Shown here: positions 19,598-29,686 of the stretch, piece by piece
How positions within the stretch are numbered: the first letter of the stretch is position 1
Layout of the letters: each line of letters begins with the position of its first letter
NCBI GenBank assembly: GCA_963699545.1
Contig: CAVOUE010000003.1
Span: 704,001-768,000 of the forward strand
Length of the DNA stretch: 64,000 nt
Source of the DNA: Nitrospirota bacterium
GTDB taxonomy: Bacteria > Nitrospirota > Thermodesulfovibrionia > Thermodesulfovibrionales > UBA9159
Direction: 5' to 3'
Made by a program: the position numbers and the translations under genes
Notes under the pieces: model-generated
The model's database searches: none
The model's input: only the letters and a program-made list of their open reading frames with translations
What the model was told of the DNA's origin: nothing

Positions 19598-19978
19598 ATG
19601 AACATCTACGAAAACATCATCATCCTCAACGCATCCCTCACCGACGAGGAGACCGAAGCATCCACCAAGAAGATAAAAGACCTCATCACCAACTCAGGCG
19701 GAGAGATCCTCAAGGCTGATGCGTGGGGCAGGAGAAAGCTCGCCAATGAGCTGAAGAAGCAGAAAAAAGGGTTTTACGTGTTCCTCGTATTCAGAGCGGC
19801 CTCACCGCTGATCAGGAAACTCGAAGACTATTATAAGGTCTTCGACCCTGTGATAAAATACATGGTGATCAAACTCGAAAAAAAGCAGAGCGCCCATGTC
19901 CTCGAAAGCCTGAGCCAGGCCGAGGCTGCGGCCAAAGCGGCCGCCGCCGCCGCTGCTGAACAGAAGAAAGAGGAATAG
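19598..19978 (+). CDS. rpsF: 30S ribosomal protein S6
   Basis: YE...I, WGRRKLA, G.Y motifs; rpsF-ssb-rpsR order. Confidence 0.96.
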   Translation: MNIYENIIILNASLTDEETEASTKKIKDLITNSGGEILKADAWGRRKLANELKKQKKGFYVFLVFRAASPLIRKLEDYYKVFDPVIKYMVIKLEKKQSAHVLESLSQAEAAAKAAAAAAAEQKKEE

Positions 19979-20371
19979 ATGTACAACAGGATAATCCTCA
20001 TCGGCAATCTCACCAAAGACCCTGAACTCAGATATACCCCCCAGGGCACGCCGGTATCCACCTTCAGGATAGCGGTGAACACAAAGTATAAGCAGTCCGA
20101 TGAAGCCAGGGAAGATACCCTGTTTATCGACGTCGTCACGTTCGGAAAACAGGCGGAGACCTGCAGCCAGTATCTCAACAAGGGGAAATCCGTTCTCGTG
20201 GAGGGCAGACTGCAGGAGAGGAGATGGGAATCCGACGGGCAGCAACGGAGCAAGTTTGAGGTCGTTGCGCAGACCGTACGGTTCCTGTCAAGGAAGGGCG
20301 GCGGTGAAGGTCAGGGAACTCCTGACACCGAAGTCGCGCCGCCGGAAGGGACTGACCTTGAACCATTTTAA
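19979..20371 (+). CDS. ssb: Single-stranded DNA-binding protein
   Basis: NRIILIGNLTKDPELRYT; C-terminal PF. Confidence 0.97.
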   Translation: MYNRIILIGNLTKDPELRYTPQGTPVSTFRIAVNTKYKQSDEAREDTLFIDVVTFGKQAETCSQYLNKGKSVLVEGRLQERRWESDGQQRSKFEVVAQTVRFLSRKGGGEGQGTPDTEVAPPEGTDLEPF

Positions 20372-20398
20372 CCTGAACCATTCAGTCATTAGGTCATT

Positions 20399-20647
20399 AT
20401 GGCATTAAGAAAGGAGCGACCATTGCAGCAGAGAAGATTTCAGAGGAGAAAATTTTGCAGGTTCTGTGCAGAGAAATCGGAATTCATAGACTATAAGGAC
20501 CTGAAGACGTTAAGGAGTTTTTTGACCGAGAGGGGGAAGATCCTTCCCAGGCGCATGACCGGGGTGTGCGCGTGCCATCAGCGGAGCCTGAATGAAGCGA
20601 TCAAGAGGGCGCGGAACATCGCGCTTCTCTCATTCGTGGAAAAATAA
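20399..20647 (+). CDS. rpsR: 30S ribosomal protein S18 (Zn-binding form)
   Basis: [24 protein letters not shown]. Confidence 0.97.
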   Translation: MALRKERPLQQRRFQRRKFCRFCAEKSEFIDYKDLKTLRSFLTERGKILPRRMTGVCACHQRSLNEAIKRARNIALLSFVEK

Positions 20648-20650
20648 CAG

Positions 20651-20932
20651 GTGAGGATCCCCAGGACATGGGTGCCCCTGATCGCAAAGAAGATGATAGA
20701 TGACCTTGTTGCAAGGGAGCTCATTGTGCCGAGGGTGCCGTTGGGGGAACTTGTTGCAGAAGCGGAGAAGCTCGTCACGGAAGAGCTGATGGTGGAGGAC
20801 AGGGTGAACGACGAGGTCAGGGAGATACTCAAGAAGTTCACCGGAGAGATCGAGAAAGGGAGACTTGACTACCGGAAGGTGTTCGAGCTTACCAAGAGGA
20901 AGATCATCGAGGAAAGAGGGCTTGTGATATGA
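20651..20932 (+). CDS. DUF507-family protein
   Basis: Length about 93 aa, helical pattern, tandem pair after rpsR. Confidence 0.75.
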   Translation: MRIPRTWVPLIAKKMIDDLVARELIVPRVPLGELVAEAEKLVTEELMVEDRVNDEVREILKKFTGEIEKGRLDYRKVFELTKRKIIEERGLVI

Positions 20933-21213
20933 TGCTCTCCGATGAGAAGATCTCCCATCTCAGCCATGTCCTGCTCAAAGGACTGACGGACAGGAACCTC
21001 ATAGAGCTCAACGACGAGGAAGGCAAGGTGAGGCGTGAGATGAAACGCTCCACGGTCTCGTTCCTCAAGGTCAGCGAGGATATTGATTCGTCGGTGAGGA
21101 AGAAACTGCAATCCTTCTCAAGAAAGATCATCGAGGGAAGCCCCGAGTGGGAGGTACTGTACAAGAAGTTCTACAGAGAAGAGGCGGCGAGAAAGGGTTT
21201 GTCGCCAGAGTAA
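20929..21213 (+). CDS. DUF507-family protein
   Basis: LSDEKISHLSH, EGSPEWEVLYKK.Y.EE. Confidence 0.8.
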   Translation: MMLSDEKISHLSHVLLKGLTDRNLIELNDEEGKVRREMKRSTVSFLKVSEDIDSSVRKKLQSFSRKIIEGSPEWEVLYKKFYREEAARKGLSPE

Positions 21214-21291
21214 AGAAGGCCCTCAGAAGGATTCTCATCTCGTTCTCCTCTGGTCCTTCTCTATATCGGGATCCTCTTTGGTTCACCGTCA

Positions 21292-23287
21292 ATGAAGCAG
21301 TCCCGGTTGTATGCTCCTGCCGTTTATTTCTGGTTTTTCCTCACGCTTCTTTTCATGGCCTTCTATTCATATTCATGCTTTTTCAGGCGTGAAAAACGGT
21401 ATCTGCGGAAGGTCGGAGACGGGTATCTCGTGCAGACCCTTAACACCAGGCACAGGGATGAGAGCGCAAAAAGATATCTCCCCGAAGCCCTGTTGTCCTT
21501 CCTGATCTTCACAGCGGGGGTTATCCATGTCTTCGAACTCACCTGGCTTCATGTCCTCTTCATTCCGCTTCTCTCTGCGTTGTCCCTTGTGTACGGATGG
21601 AAGATCATGATCCCCCTGAGTCTGGCGGTGCCGGCGCTTGAGGTCAGGCATTTCCTGTACGGGAACCGCCTGGAAGCAGGATTTTTCAGCGGTTCGGTGG
21701 TTCTGATCGTTGCCATGGTATCGATCGTTGCAACGAGAGTGAGAAACGAACGGAACAGTCTCAAACAGGAGTTCGATACGCTGAAGGAGGAGGTGGTCGA
21801 AATAGATTCCGGCGCCGATGGTGACATTATCAGAGGAGACAATCTCATTTCTCAGCATCTCCTCTCGACAAGAAAAGCGAACGAGGACATAAAGGAAATG
21901 CTGTCCATTGCGAAACACTCGCTCTCGGCAGGGTCGGTAAGCATGTTCGATCTTCGAGGTAACCAGCTCACGTTCCGGTGCTCCACTGACGGATCTCAGG
22001 GTTCCCCTTCGGGTGAGAGGATGCTTGCCTCATGTGTGAGCCGGAAGATGTCGATGATCTTTGATGCAGTGCCTGCAACAGGCGTGGGAGGGTCTGCTCA
22101 CATTCTCACTCCCGTAGCGGATGGGAATTTGATCGTTGGCGTGTTGACCGCATGGAAAGACAAGACCTCAGGAGACGGCCGTTTTGAGATTCAGGCCTTG
22201 GAGATGTTCTCCCGACAGATCGTGAAGATCCTCCACAGCCAGAGGGTGCATGCGCAAATGAGCAAGGAACATGCAGGGCTGAACATCCTTCACAGGGGAA
22301 GCTCGAGTCTCACGACGTCGCTTAAAACAGAAGATATCGGGCAGCGAATAGTGGAGGCAGCCCGTGCGATCGCGCCTTTATCAACAGCGCTTTTCATGCC
22401 GAACGGTCAGCGTTTCGAGCTGGTCTTTGGCGAAGGGTTCAAGGAAGAGTTCGGACTTACCGAAAGGATATTTGACTTCAGTAATACGCGTATCGGGGTG
22501 GTCAGCAGAGGGACGGAGCCCCACTATCTTTCGGACCTGAAAGTCGAGATGACCGATGAGCGTATCGCCGTCTTCCCTTCTGAGTTTAAGGCGGATAACG
22601 AGGGGTCTGTCTTCATGCTTCCCCTTTCATACGAGAGGGAACTCCTTGGGATGCTCGTCCTGTCCTCTCAAAAGAGGAACGCGCTCAGTTCATATCAGAT
22701 CGAGCTGCTGGAGCTCCTCGGGAATCAGGCGTCATCGTCCCTTGCAAATGCGAAATTTCACGCGGAAATAGAGAGGATGGCCATAACCGACGGTCTCACG
22801 GGGCTTTTCAACCACAGGAATTTTCAGGAGAAGCTGACCGAAGAGTTCAACAGGATGCAGCGCTTCGCAAACCCTCTCTCGGTTCTCCTTATTGATATCG
22901 ACTTCTTCAAGAAGATCAATGACACCCACGGACATCCCGCAGGAGACGAGGTGCTTAGGGGGGTGGCAGGTGTCATAAAGGAGACGATACGAACGGTGGA
23001 TATTCCCGCCCGATACGGTGGAGAGGAGTTCGCTGTCGTACTTCCGGGAGACGAACCACGAAGGGGCGCGAAAGATGGCGGAAAGGCTGAGGAATGCGAT
23101 CGCAGGGAAAGCGTTCTCCGTCGACGGGAAGATACTGCAGGTGACGGTGAGTATCGGCGCTGCCACGTCTCCCCACGATACGGGGAACAGGGATGAACTC
23201 ATAGAGAAGGCGGATCAGGCGCTTTACCATGCGAAGAGGAACGGGAGAGACCGGTGCGTGCTATGGAACGATTTACCTCACACGTAA
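21292..23287 (+). CDS. Membrane-anchored GAF-GGDEF diguanylate cyclase (frameshift near 23047)
   Basis: DIDFFKKIND..GH..GD, R..D I-site, RYGGEEF. C-terminus VTVSIG...ADQALY.AK..GR lies in the next frame, after an extra G in CCGGGAG. Confidence 0.88.
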
Positions 23288-23568
23288 CAGAAGAAGAGAT
23301 CAGAAAAGAGAGGGCAAAGGCCCGTGAGTTGAGGCAGACGCAGTGGTGGAAGAGAAAGCGCGCTTCCGGAGAGTGCTATTACTGCAGGAAGAAGATGAAG
23401 CCGAAAGAGCTCACCATGGACCACATCGTTCCGATCATCAGGGGCGGAAGATCCACAAAGGGGAATGTGGTGCCGGTATGCAAGAAATGCAACGACCGGA
23501 AAAAATATCTCCTTCCCCTTGAGTGGGAAGAGCATCTGGAGCGTTTGAAAAAAGGAGAGGAAGAATAA
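23263..23568 (+). CDS. Small HNH endonuclease
   Basis: CYYC, TMDHIVP..RGG, N....CKKCN. Confidence 0.9.
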   Translation: MERFTSHVTEEEIRKERAKARELRQTQWWKRKRASGECYYCRKKMKPKELTMDHIVPIIRGGRSTKGNVVPVCKKCNDRKKYLLPLEWEEHLERLKKGEEE

Positions 23569-23953
23569 CGAGCGCCCGTCCTCTCTGTGATATCTGCGAC
23601 AACAAGAACGATGACAGACCCCGCAAGGACGTCGCGGGGATAGTCGACCGCTCCTGCACGGCGGACATCGCCACGTTCTTCGATTAGCCAACCCCTCCCA
23701 GCAGAAACAGTCCTGAACGCTTCTCCATATGTATCCCCCTCAGTTGCATAGACTCTTGACAAAACCAGCGCGCCTGTCATGATGAAAAGAAAGAGATAAA
23801 ACGGGCTGTGCTAAGGGGGGCGATGTTCAGCAAAACAATGTACGGCCCTAAGGCCGGGGCCCTGGACGGCCGCTGGAACCCGCCGTCGGTGAAGCGGATT
23901 TGGAGAAGACGCAGGATAGGAGAGGTGCAGCCGATCAAAAAAGGGGAAAAGGT

Positions 23954-24562
23954 ATGAAGACAAGAATGATACTGTGCTGGTGTCTTGTGATTATTGCTTC
24001 CTTTGTGTGCGCATCGTGTGCAACAACCACGATCACCGCTGTCTGGAGGGGCGAGAGCTATAAGGGGCCTGTCAGGAAGATAGCTGTTATAGGGGTCTCG
24101 AATAAACCTGTCATAAGGAACCTTTTTGAGGACGAGTTTGTGAGGGAACTGAAGGTCCGCGGCACTGATGCGATGGCGAGTTATACAATACTCACCTTTG
24201 ATCAATTGGCGGATAAGGAGACGGTTCAGTCCAGGATCAGGGAACTGGGCGCTGATGCGGTTCTCATGACAAGGATGGTCGATAGAAAGACGGTGCAAAC
24301 GTATATCCCCGGACAGGTCTATGTGATGCCGAATTACTACTATGGCTGGTCAGGCTATTATGGAAACGTCTTCGTCACACCGGGATTTACAGTCCAGGAT
24401 GAGTATGCCTTCCTGGAAACAAACGTGTATGACCTCAAGACCGAACAGCTGGTCTGGAGCGCCAGGTCCGAGACCTGGATGCCGGACAGTGACCAGGAAT
24501 TGATCAAGTCATTTATCGGGGTTATCATCAGCAGGCTCTCTGCAGATGAGGTTATCAAATAG
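23954..24562 (+). CDS. Putative lipoprotein (DUF4136-like)
   Basis: Signal peptide ending CASC; ETNVYD....LVWSA; paralog of 48336-48977. Confidence 0.7.
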   Translation: MKTRMILCWCLVIIASFVCASCATTTITAVWRGESYKGPVRKIAVIGVSNKPVIRNLFEDEFVRELKVRGTDAMASYTILTFDQLADKETVQSRIRELGADAVLMTRMVDRKTVQTYIPGQVYVMPNYYYGWSGYYGNVFVTPGFTVQDEYAFLETNVYDLKTEQLVWSARSETWMPDSDQELIKSFIGVIISRLSADEVIK

Positions 24563-24804
24563 CGTGGAGCCAGGGGAAAGGAGTAAAGAGATGAAGACAG
24601 GAGCAGTTGTAACACAGGAAATGAAGACCGCCGACAAGGAAGAGGCGGAGAAATCACATAAGGAAGCCGTTCTGAAGAAAGGGCTGTCCGATTAAGATAA
24701 GGAGAACACCTATGTCAGCTCGCGTTCCCGAAATGAGAGAAAGAGAGGATATGAGAACTCTGAAAATGGCGGTAAAGAGAATTTTGAAACTTGGAGGAAT
24801 CGAC

Positions 24805-25968
24805 ATGAAAGTGGAACAGAAGTTCGGTTTTTTTATTATTTGGGCGTTGGTCCTGCTCATGGCGGTGCCGCCGGTAATCTTTGCCCAGGAGGGCGGGGCA
24901 AAACCAGCTTTAAAGCAGGAGCAGCTCGAGCAGTTGCTTGCTCCAATCGCGCTTTATCCTGATTCGCTGCTTACCCAGATACTGATGGCTTCCACGTATC
25001 CGCTTGAGGTTGTGCAGGCTGATCGCTGGGCAAAGCAGAACAAGAATATGAAGGGTGACGCATTGGCAAAAGCCCTTGAAGCTCAGACCTGGGACCCGAG
25101 CGTCAAGTCCCTGGTGAACTTTCCCCAGGTCTTGCAGATGATGAGCGAGAAGCTTGATCTGACGCAGAAGTTGGGAGATGCCTTTTTAGGTCAGCAAAAG
25201 GATGTTATGGCAACTATCCAGAAGCTTCGGGCCAAGGCACAGGCGGCGGGCAACCTGAAGACTACCAAGGAGCAGGTCGTCAAGGTAGAACAAGAGGTCA
25301 TCATCATCGAATCTCCCAGCCCGACGGTCATCTATGTGCCGGCTTATAATCCGACTGTTGTTTACGGGGCATGGGCCTATCCCGCCTATCCGCCATATCC
25401 CTATTATCCTCCCGGTTATGCGGCAGGCGCTGCCTTTGTTACAGGCGTTGCGGTTGGTGCCGCCTGGGGCTATGCGTGGGGCAATGCCAACTGGAACGGA
25501 GGCACTGTCAATGTCAACGTTAATCAGAATACCAACATAAACAGCAATATTAACCGGGCGCAGTACGCGAGTCAATACCCGAGCGGCCAGAGCCAATGGA
25601 AGCAGCAGGCGACGACATCTCAGCAGGTGCAGGCGCGGCAGGCTTACAAGGGCTACACAGGGAGTGCCCTGACACCCAGTGAGCAGCAGCAGGCTCAACA
25701 GAAGGCGCAGCAGGCCCAGCAACAACAAACAGGCCAGCAGGCGCAACAAAAACAAACAGCACAGCAGGCCGCCGGCAAGCAAGCCAGTTCCGGCAGCAAG
25801 CAAGGCGGCGGCGCTTTTGAAGGAATGGACAAGGGAAGTTCAGTCAACAATGCCAGTGCGCGTGGAAGCAGTAGTCGTGAAAGCATGTCCGGCGGAGCCG
25901 GTGGAGGCAGAAGTGCCGGCGGTGGCGGAGGCAGAAGTGGTGGAGGTGGCGGAGGCGGCCGTAGATAG
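24805..25968 (+). CDS. DUF3300 domain protein with Q/G-rich tail
   Basis: LAPIALYPD.LL.Q.LMASTYP, WDPSVKSL, IYVPAYNP.VVYG.W. Confidence 0.92.
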   Translation: MKVEQKFGFFIIWALVLLMAVPPVIFAQEGGAKPALKQEQLEQLLAPIALYPDSLLTQILMASTYPLEVVQADRWAKQNKNMKGDALAKALEAQTWDPSVKSLVNFPQVLQMMSEKLDLTQKLGDAFLGQQKDVMATIQKLRAKAQAAGNLKTTKEQVVKVEQEVIIIESPSPTVIYVPAYNPTVVYGAWAYPAYPPYPYYPPGYAAGAAFVTGVAVGAAWGYAWGNANWNGGTVNVNVNQNTNINSNINRAQYASQYPSGQSQWKQQATTSQQVQARQAYKGYTGSALTPSEQQQAQQKAQQAQQQQTGQQAQQKQTAQQAAGKQASSGSKQGGGAFEGMDKGSSVNNASARGSSSRESMSGGAGGGRSAGGGGGRSGGGGGGGRR

Positions 25969-26018
25969 TTGCCGGTGTTAACTGGCAGTCACCAGAGATT
26001 ATAAAGGAGGAAAGGATT

Positions 26019-26975
26019 ATGATTCTCAAGATAAAAGAAAAGAATATATCGGTGTGGCCCGTCATCCTGATCGCCGTCCTCGTCCTGTTCACTGTGGGCC
26101 TCGCCTTCGGCGGGACATCAAAGGTAACGCAGAAACAGAAGACATTTAGTTCGCCTGAGGAGGCGGTGAAAGCTGCCGTGACAGCAGCAAAGAACGATGA
26201 TGACAAAGAGCTTATTGCGATCTTTGGCGCTTCGGCAAAGGATCTGATCTCTTCAGGAGACGCCGTTGCCGACAAACAGAGGCGCGAGCGCTTTCTGGCG
26301 GCATATGATGAAAAGAACAGTCTTGTCTCAGGAAAAGGCGGCATGGTCCTGGTGATCGGAAATAATGACTGGCCTTTTCCTATCCCTATTGTGAAGAAAG
26401 GCGAGTCCTGGTTCTTCGATACGGACAAAGGAAGGGAGGAGATCCTGAACCGCCGTATTGGAGATAATGAACTCAGCTCTATTCAGACCATGCTCGCCAT
26501 TGTCGATGCCCAGCGTGAATATGCAAGGAGGGTTATCGGTAGTGACGGCATACCCCAGTATGCCCGGAAGTTCATAAGCGACACGGGAAAGAAGAACGGG
26601 CTCTACTGGGAGACAAAGGAAGGGGAGAAGCCCAGTCCGATCGGCCCTGCTTTGGCTAAAGCAAAGGCGGAGGGATACACAAGCAAGAAGTCCGGCGACG
26701 AACCCTCTCCTTTTCACGGCTACTATTTCAGAATTCTGACAGCACAGGGGAAGAATGCTCCCGGCGGAGCATTTAATTACGTCATCAAGGGCAAGATGAT
26801 CGGCGGTTTTGCCGTGGTTGCCTATCCGGCAAAGTATGGTAATTCCGGTGTGATGACTTTTGTGGTGAACCACGACGGAGTGCTTTATGAGAAGGACCTT
26901 GGCAAGAACACAGAGAAGATCGCCAAGGCGACGAAGAAATTCGATCCTGATAAGACATGGAAGAAAGTTGAGTAG
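26019..26975 (+). CDS. DUF2950 domain protein
   Basis: WPFPIP, RRIG.NEL, GLYW, PFHGYYFRIL, YG.SGVMTF; usual partner of DUF3300. Confidence 0.92.
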   Translation: MILKIKEKNISVWPVILIAVLVLFTVGLAFGGTSKVTQKQKTFSSPEEAVKAAVTAAKNDDDKELIAIFGASAKDLISSGDAVADKQRRERFLAAYDEKNSLVSGKGGMVLVIGNNDWPFPIPIVKKGESWFFDTDKGREEILNRRIGDNELSSIQTMLAIVDAQREYARRVIGSDGIPQYARKFISDTGKKNGLYWETKEGEKPSPIGPALAKAKAEGYTSKKSGDEPSPFHGYYFRILTAQGKNAPGGAFNYVIKGKMIGGFAVVAYPAKYGNSGVMTFVVNHDGVLYEKDLGKNTEKIAKATKKFDPDKTWKKVE

Positions 26976-27069
26976 AGCGGGGCAGAGGTCGCGGGCGGCG
27001 CTAGGGCCGAGCCGGACAGCGCCTCTTTGGCAAAGGTATCACAGGAAAAGAGAAGACTGAGGGAAGGAG

Positions 27070-27510
27070 GTGACGATGATGAAAAAAATAATCGTGAAAA
27101 TAATTCAGACAAAGGGGAAAACATTTTGTTCGGTCTTGCTCGGGTTGACCGTGATATGCGCTGCGTTCCTGCTCGCCGGGATGGCAGTTCCGGCCATGGC
27201 AGATGATGGCGATCAAAAACCTATTGCTGTCATTGACGGGACTCTGAAGGTCACTGTGGGCAAGCCCGTCTATCTCGACGGGTCTCTTAGTAAGGATCCA
27301 GGCGGGAATGCCCTCAGTTACCTCTGGACGCTGGAATCTGCTCCTTCGGGCAGCATTGCCACGATCGAAGACAGATCTTCCCGACGAGCCCAATTCGAAG
27401 GAGATGTGGTTGGCACTTACAGGGTTAAGCTGATCGTAAATAACGGATCTGTGGATAGCAACCCGGCTTATGCGACCATCACTGTCACAAAAGAGGCATA
27501 CCAGTGGTAA
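27070..27510 (+). CDS. Secreted PKD-domain protein
   Basis: LDGS.S.DP.G..LSY.W, G.Y.V.L.V. Confidence 0.8.
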   Translation: MTMMKKIIVKIIQTKGKTFCSVLLGLTVICAAFLLAGMAVPAMADDGDQKPIAVIDGTLKVTVGKPVYLDGSLSKDPGGNALSYLWTLESAPSGSIATIEDRSSRRAQFEGDVVGTYRVKLIVNNGSVDSNPAYATITVTKEAYQW

Positions 27511-27578
27511 CGAACGTGAGAGGAGGAACTCGAATGGGTTCTATCTTTGGTAAGACTAAAACAAGAAAGGAGAGTACG

Positions 27579-28406
27579 ATGAAAGACTTTTATTTGCTCA
27601 GAGCAGTAAAGGTAACAGTGTTAGCACTTGTGGCGGCGGGGTTGCTTTTCTCCGGCACGATTGCGAATGCAGCAGAACCCAAACTGGATGAGGACTGGCA
27701 TTTCACGCTCATCCCCTATATCTGGGTGCCCAGCGTCCATGGCAAGATGAACATAAACCTTCCCGAGAGCTCGGGTGGCGGCAACATTGGCATCAATCCG
27801 GACAATTACGTAGCCAATCTCAAGTTTGCTGCGATGCTTTCGATGGTGCTGGAGAAAGGAAACTGGTCCCTTCTGTCCGATATCATGTACGTGAATTTTT
27901 CTGATAACAGGCAAGCGAACTTTTCAGGGCCTTCAGGCAACGGGCTGGAGATTAACGCTGATACCAGCCTTAAGGCGACGGTCTTTGAGATAGCCCCTGC
28001 ATACTCCTTGTATCGCACTGAGAGTGCGAAGTTTGATCTGCTTGCGGGCATTCGATATGTAAACATTGATTCCGAAGCCACACTGGACCCCACCGCAACA
28101 CTTCCCGTCGATCTCCCTTCGCGCACGTTCTCCGCCAAGAAAGATTATGTTGACCCGATCATTGGGTTCAAAGGCAGATTTGAATTGGGTGATAACTGGT
28201 TTCTGCCTTATTATCTTGACTTCGGCGGCTTCGGGGTGAACAACGAATGGAATTGGCAGGCTTTTGGGGGAGTTGGTTACCGTTTCAGTAAACTGTTCTC
28301 AATGACGCTGGTTTACCGCCATCTGCAGTACAATTTTGATGACAATAAACTCGTGAAGGATTTGTATCTTAGCGGTGTGCAACTCGGGTTCCTCTTCCGG
28401 TTCTGA
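27579..28406 (+). CDS. Outer-membrane beta-barrel protein
   Basis: Signal peptide, W.F...PY.W, VDPIIG, D.GGFG, C-terminal F. Confidence 0.8.
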   Translation: MKDFYLLRAVKVTVLALVAAGLLFSGTIANAAEPKLDEDWHFTLIPYIWVPSVHGKMNINLPESSGGGNIGINPDNYVANLKFAAMLSMVLEKGNWSLLSDIMYVNFSDNRQANFSGPSGNGLEINADTSLKATVFEIAPAYSLYRTESAKFDLLAGIRYVNIDSEATLDPTATLPVDLPSRTFSAKKDYVDPIIGFKGRFELGDNWFLPYYLDFGGFGVNNEWNWQAFGGVGYRFSKLFSMTLVYRHLQYNFDDNKLVKDLYLSGVQLGFLFRF

Positions 28407-28426
28407 GCGATCGGCGAACGGAAAGG

Positions 28427-29686
28427 TTGGTTTTGGTACTGCCCCTGTGTCTCGGGGAGCAGCTGATATTATTGCTGCGGAAAGAGGGATTCACTGACTT
28501 GAACGATACACAGCTGATCGAAAGGACGTCACACATCTCGTTCCATCTGCGGGAAGCAGGCGAATGCCAGGTGTTTCTCGTGGCATCGGCGAAGCCTCGT
28601 GCTGAAGGCAGTGAGGCTGTCCGCGAATCGTACGCCTGCATCGCAGAGGTATTGAGGGAGCGCGGGCTGGAGATCGTCCATGAACGGGTCTTCGGCAGCC
28701 TGTCCGTGGAACCGCTTGTCATGGCAGCCCGACAGCATGCGCTCCGGAGTTGCGGTATCCATTCGAATAATCCGGTCAGCTATATTGAGGGCGATCCGCT
28801 CCGGGGAGAAGGGTTCGCCGGCACGATCATCCATGGAGTTTCCCCGGACAGTCCTCATGATGTCTGGACGATCATGGACGGGGAATATCCTTGCGGACGG
28901 GGATGGCGGAGGAATGGCTCCAGCTATCTCGTGATCCAAAACATGAGCGGAAATGTGGGTGGTTCAAATGGCAATGGGACCAGACATCTCCAAGTGCGTC
29001 AGATGCTCGATCGCGCGGAACGGATCCTTCGCGAGAACGGCGCATCGTACCGTGACGTGGTAAGGACATGGTTCTATCTCTCCGACATACTGGACTGGTA
29101 TGCGGCGTTCAATAAGGTCAGGAATGAAAAATACGGGGAGTTCGGCATCATGCCGGGCCCCGGTGACAGGGACCTCCTGCTTCCTGCAAGCACCGGGATC
29201 AGGGGTGACACGCCTTCGGGCGCAGCTGCCACCATGGACCTTATCGCCATTGCAGGAGAAGCCGACACCCGTTCCGTCGTTAGACAACTGACCAACGCTT
29301 CACAGCTTGATGCCTTTCGCTACGGATCGGCTTTTTCGCGGGGAGCGCTTATTCAAGAACCCGATGTTTCCCTGATCGAGGTCTCTGGCACCGCTTCAAT
29401 CGACGAACGGGGCAAGAGCCAATTTCCCGGTGATATACGCGGCCAGATCAACTGCACCTTCGACAGGATCGAAACACTCCTCGGTCAGGAAGGGGCCGGA
29501 CTCAGAGACATTGCTGCAGCCACTGTGTTTGTGAAAAGGCCGGAATATGCTCCCATCTTTTGGGAAATGGCGAAGGACCGCGGACTGGAAGAATTCCCTG
29601 CTGTGTGCGTTGTTGCCGATGTCTGCCGGGACGAACTGCTCTTTGAGATCGATGCTGAAGCGGTGGTGAGAAAAGGATCACCATGA
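28427..29686 (+). CDS. Rid/YjgF-superfamily two-domain protein (FkbO/Hyg5-like)
   Basis: VVRTWFY..DI, PASTGI, FSRG, VSGTASID, ADVCR.ELLFEID; start position uncertain. Confidence 0.8.
   Translation: MVLVLPLCLGEQLILLLRKEGFTDLNDTQLIERTSHISFHLREAGECQVFLVASAKPRAEGSEAVRESYACIAEVLRERGLEIVHERVFGSLSVEPLVMAARQHALRSCGIHSNNPVSYIEGDPLRGEGFAGTIIHGVSPDSPHDVWTIMDGEYPCGRGWRRNGSSYLVIQNMSGNVGGSNGNGTRHLQVRQMLDRAERILRENGASYRDVVRTWFYLSDILDWYAAFNKVRNEKYGEFGIMPGPGDRDLLLPASTGIRGDTPSGAAATMDLIAIAGEADTRSVVRQLTNASQLDAFRYGSAFSRGALIQEPDVSLIEVSGTASIDERGKSQFPGDIRGQINCTFDRIETLLGQEGAGLRDIAAATVFVKRPEYAPIFWEMAKDRGLEEFPAVCVVADVCRDELLFEIDAEAVVRKGSP

Noticed and set aside
22880-23040. GGDEF protein as the cGAMP synthase for the A20 riboswitch
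   Set aside because: It has GHPAGD with Asp at the PleD D344 position. Hypr enzymes have Ser there, so a canonical c-di-GMP cyclase is predicted.
23570-23745. Cys-rich small ORF on the minus strand behind a GAGGGGG SD
   Set aside because: The ATG frame stops after 14 codons; the Cys-rich frame needs a frameshift and matches no family I recognise.
25600-25968. CAG- and GGC-rich low-complexity repeats
   Set aside because: They encode the ordinary Q/G-rich tail of the DUF3300 protein.
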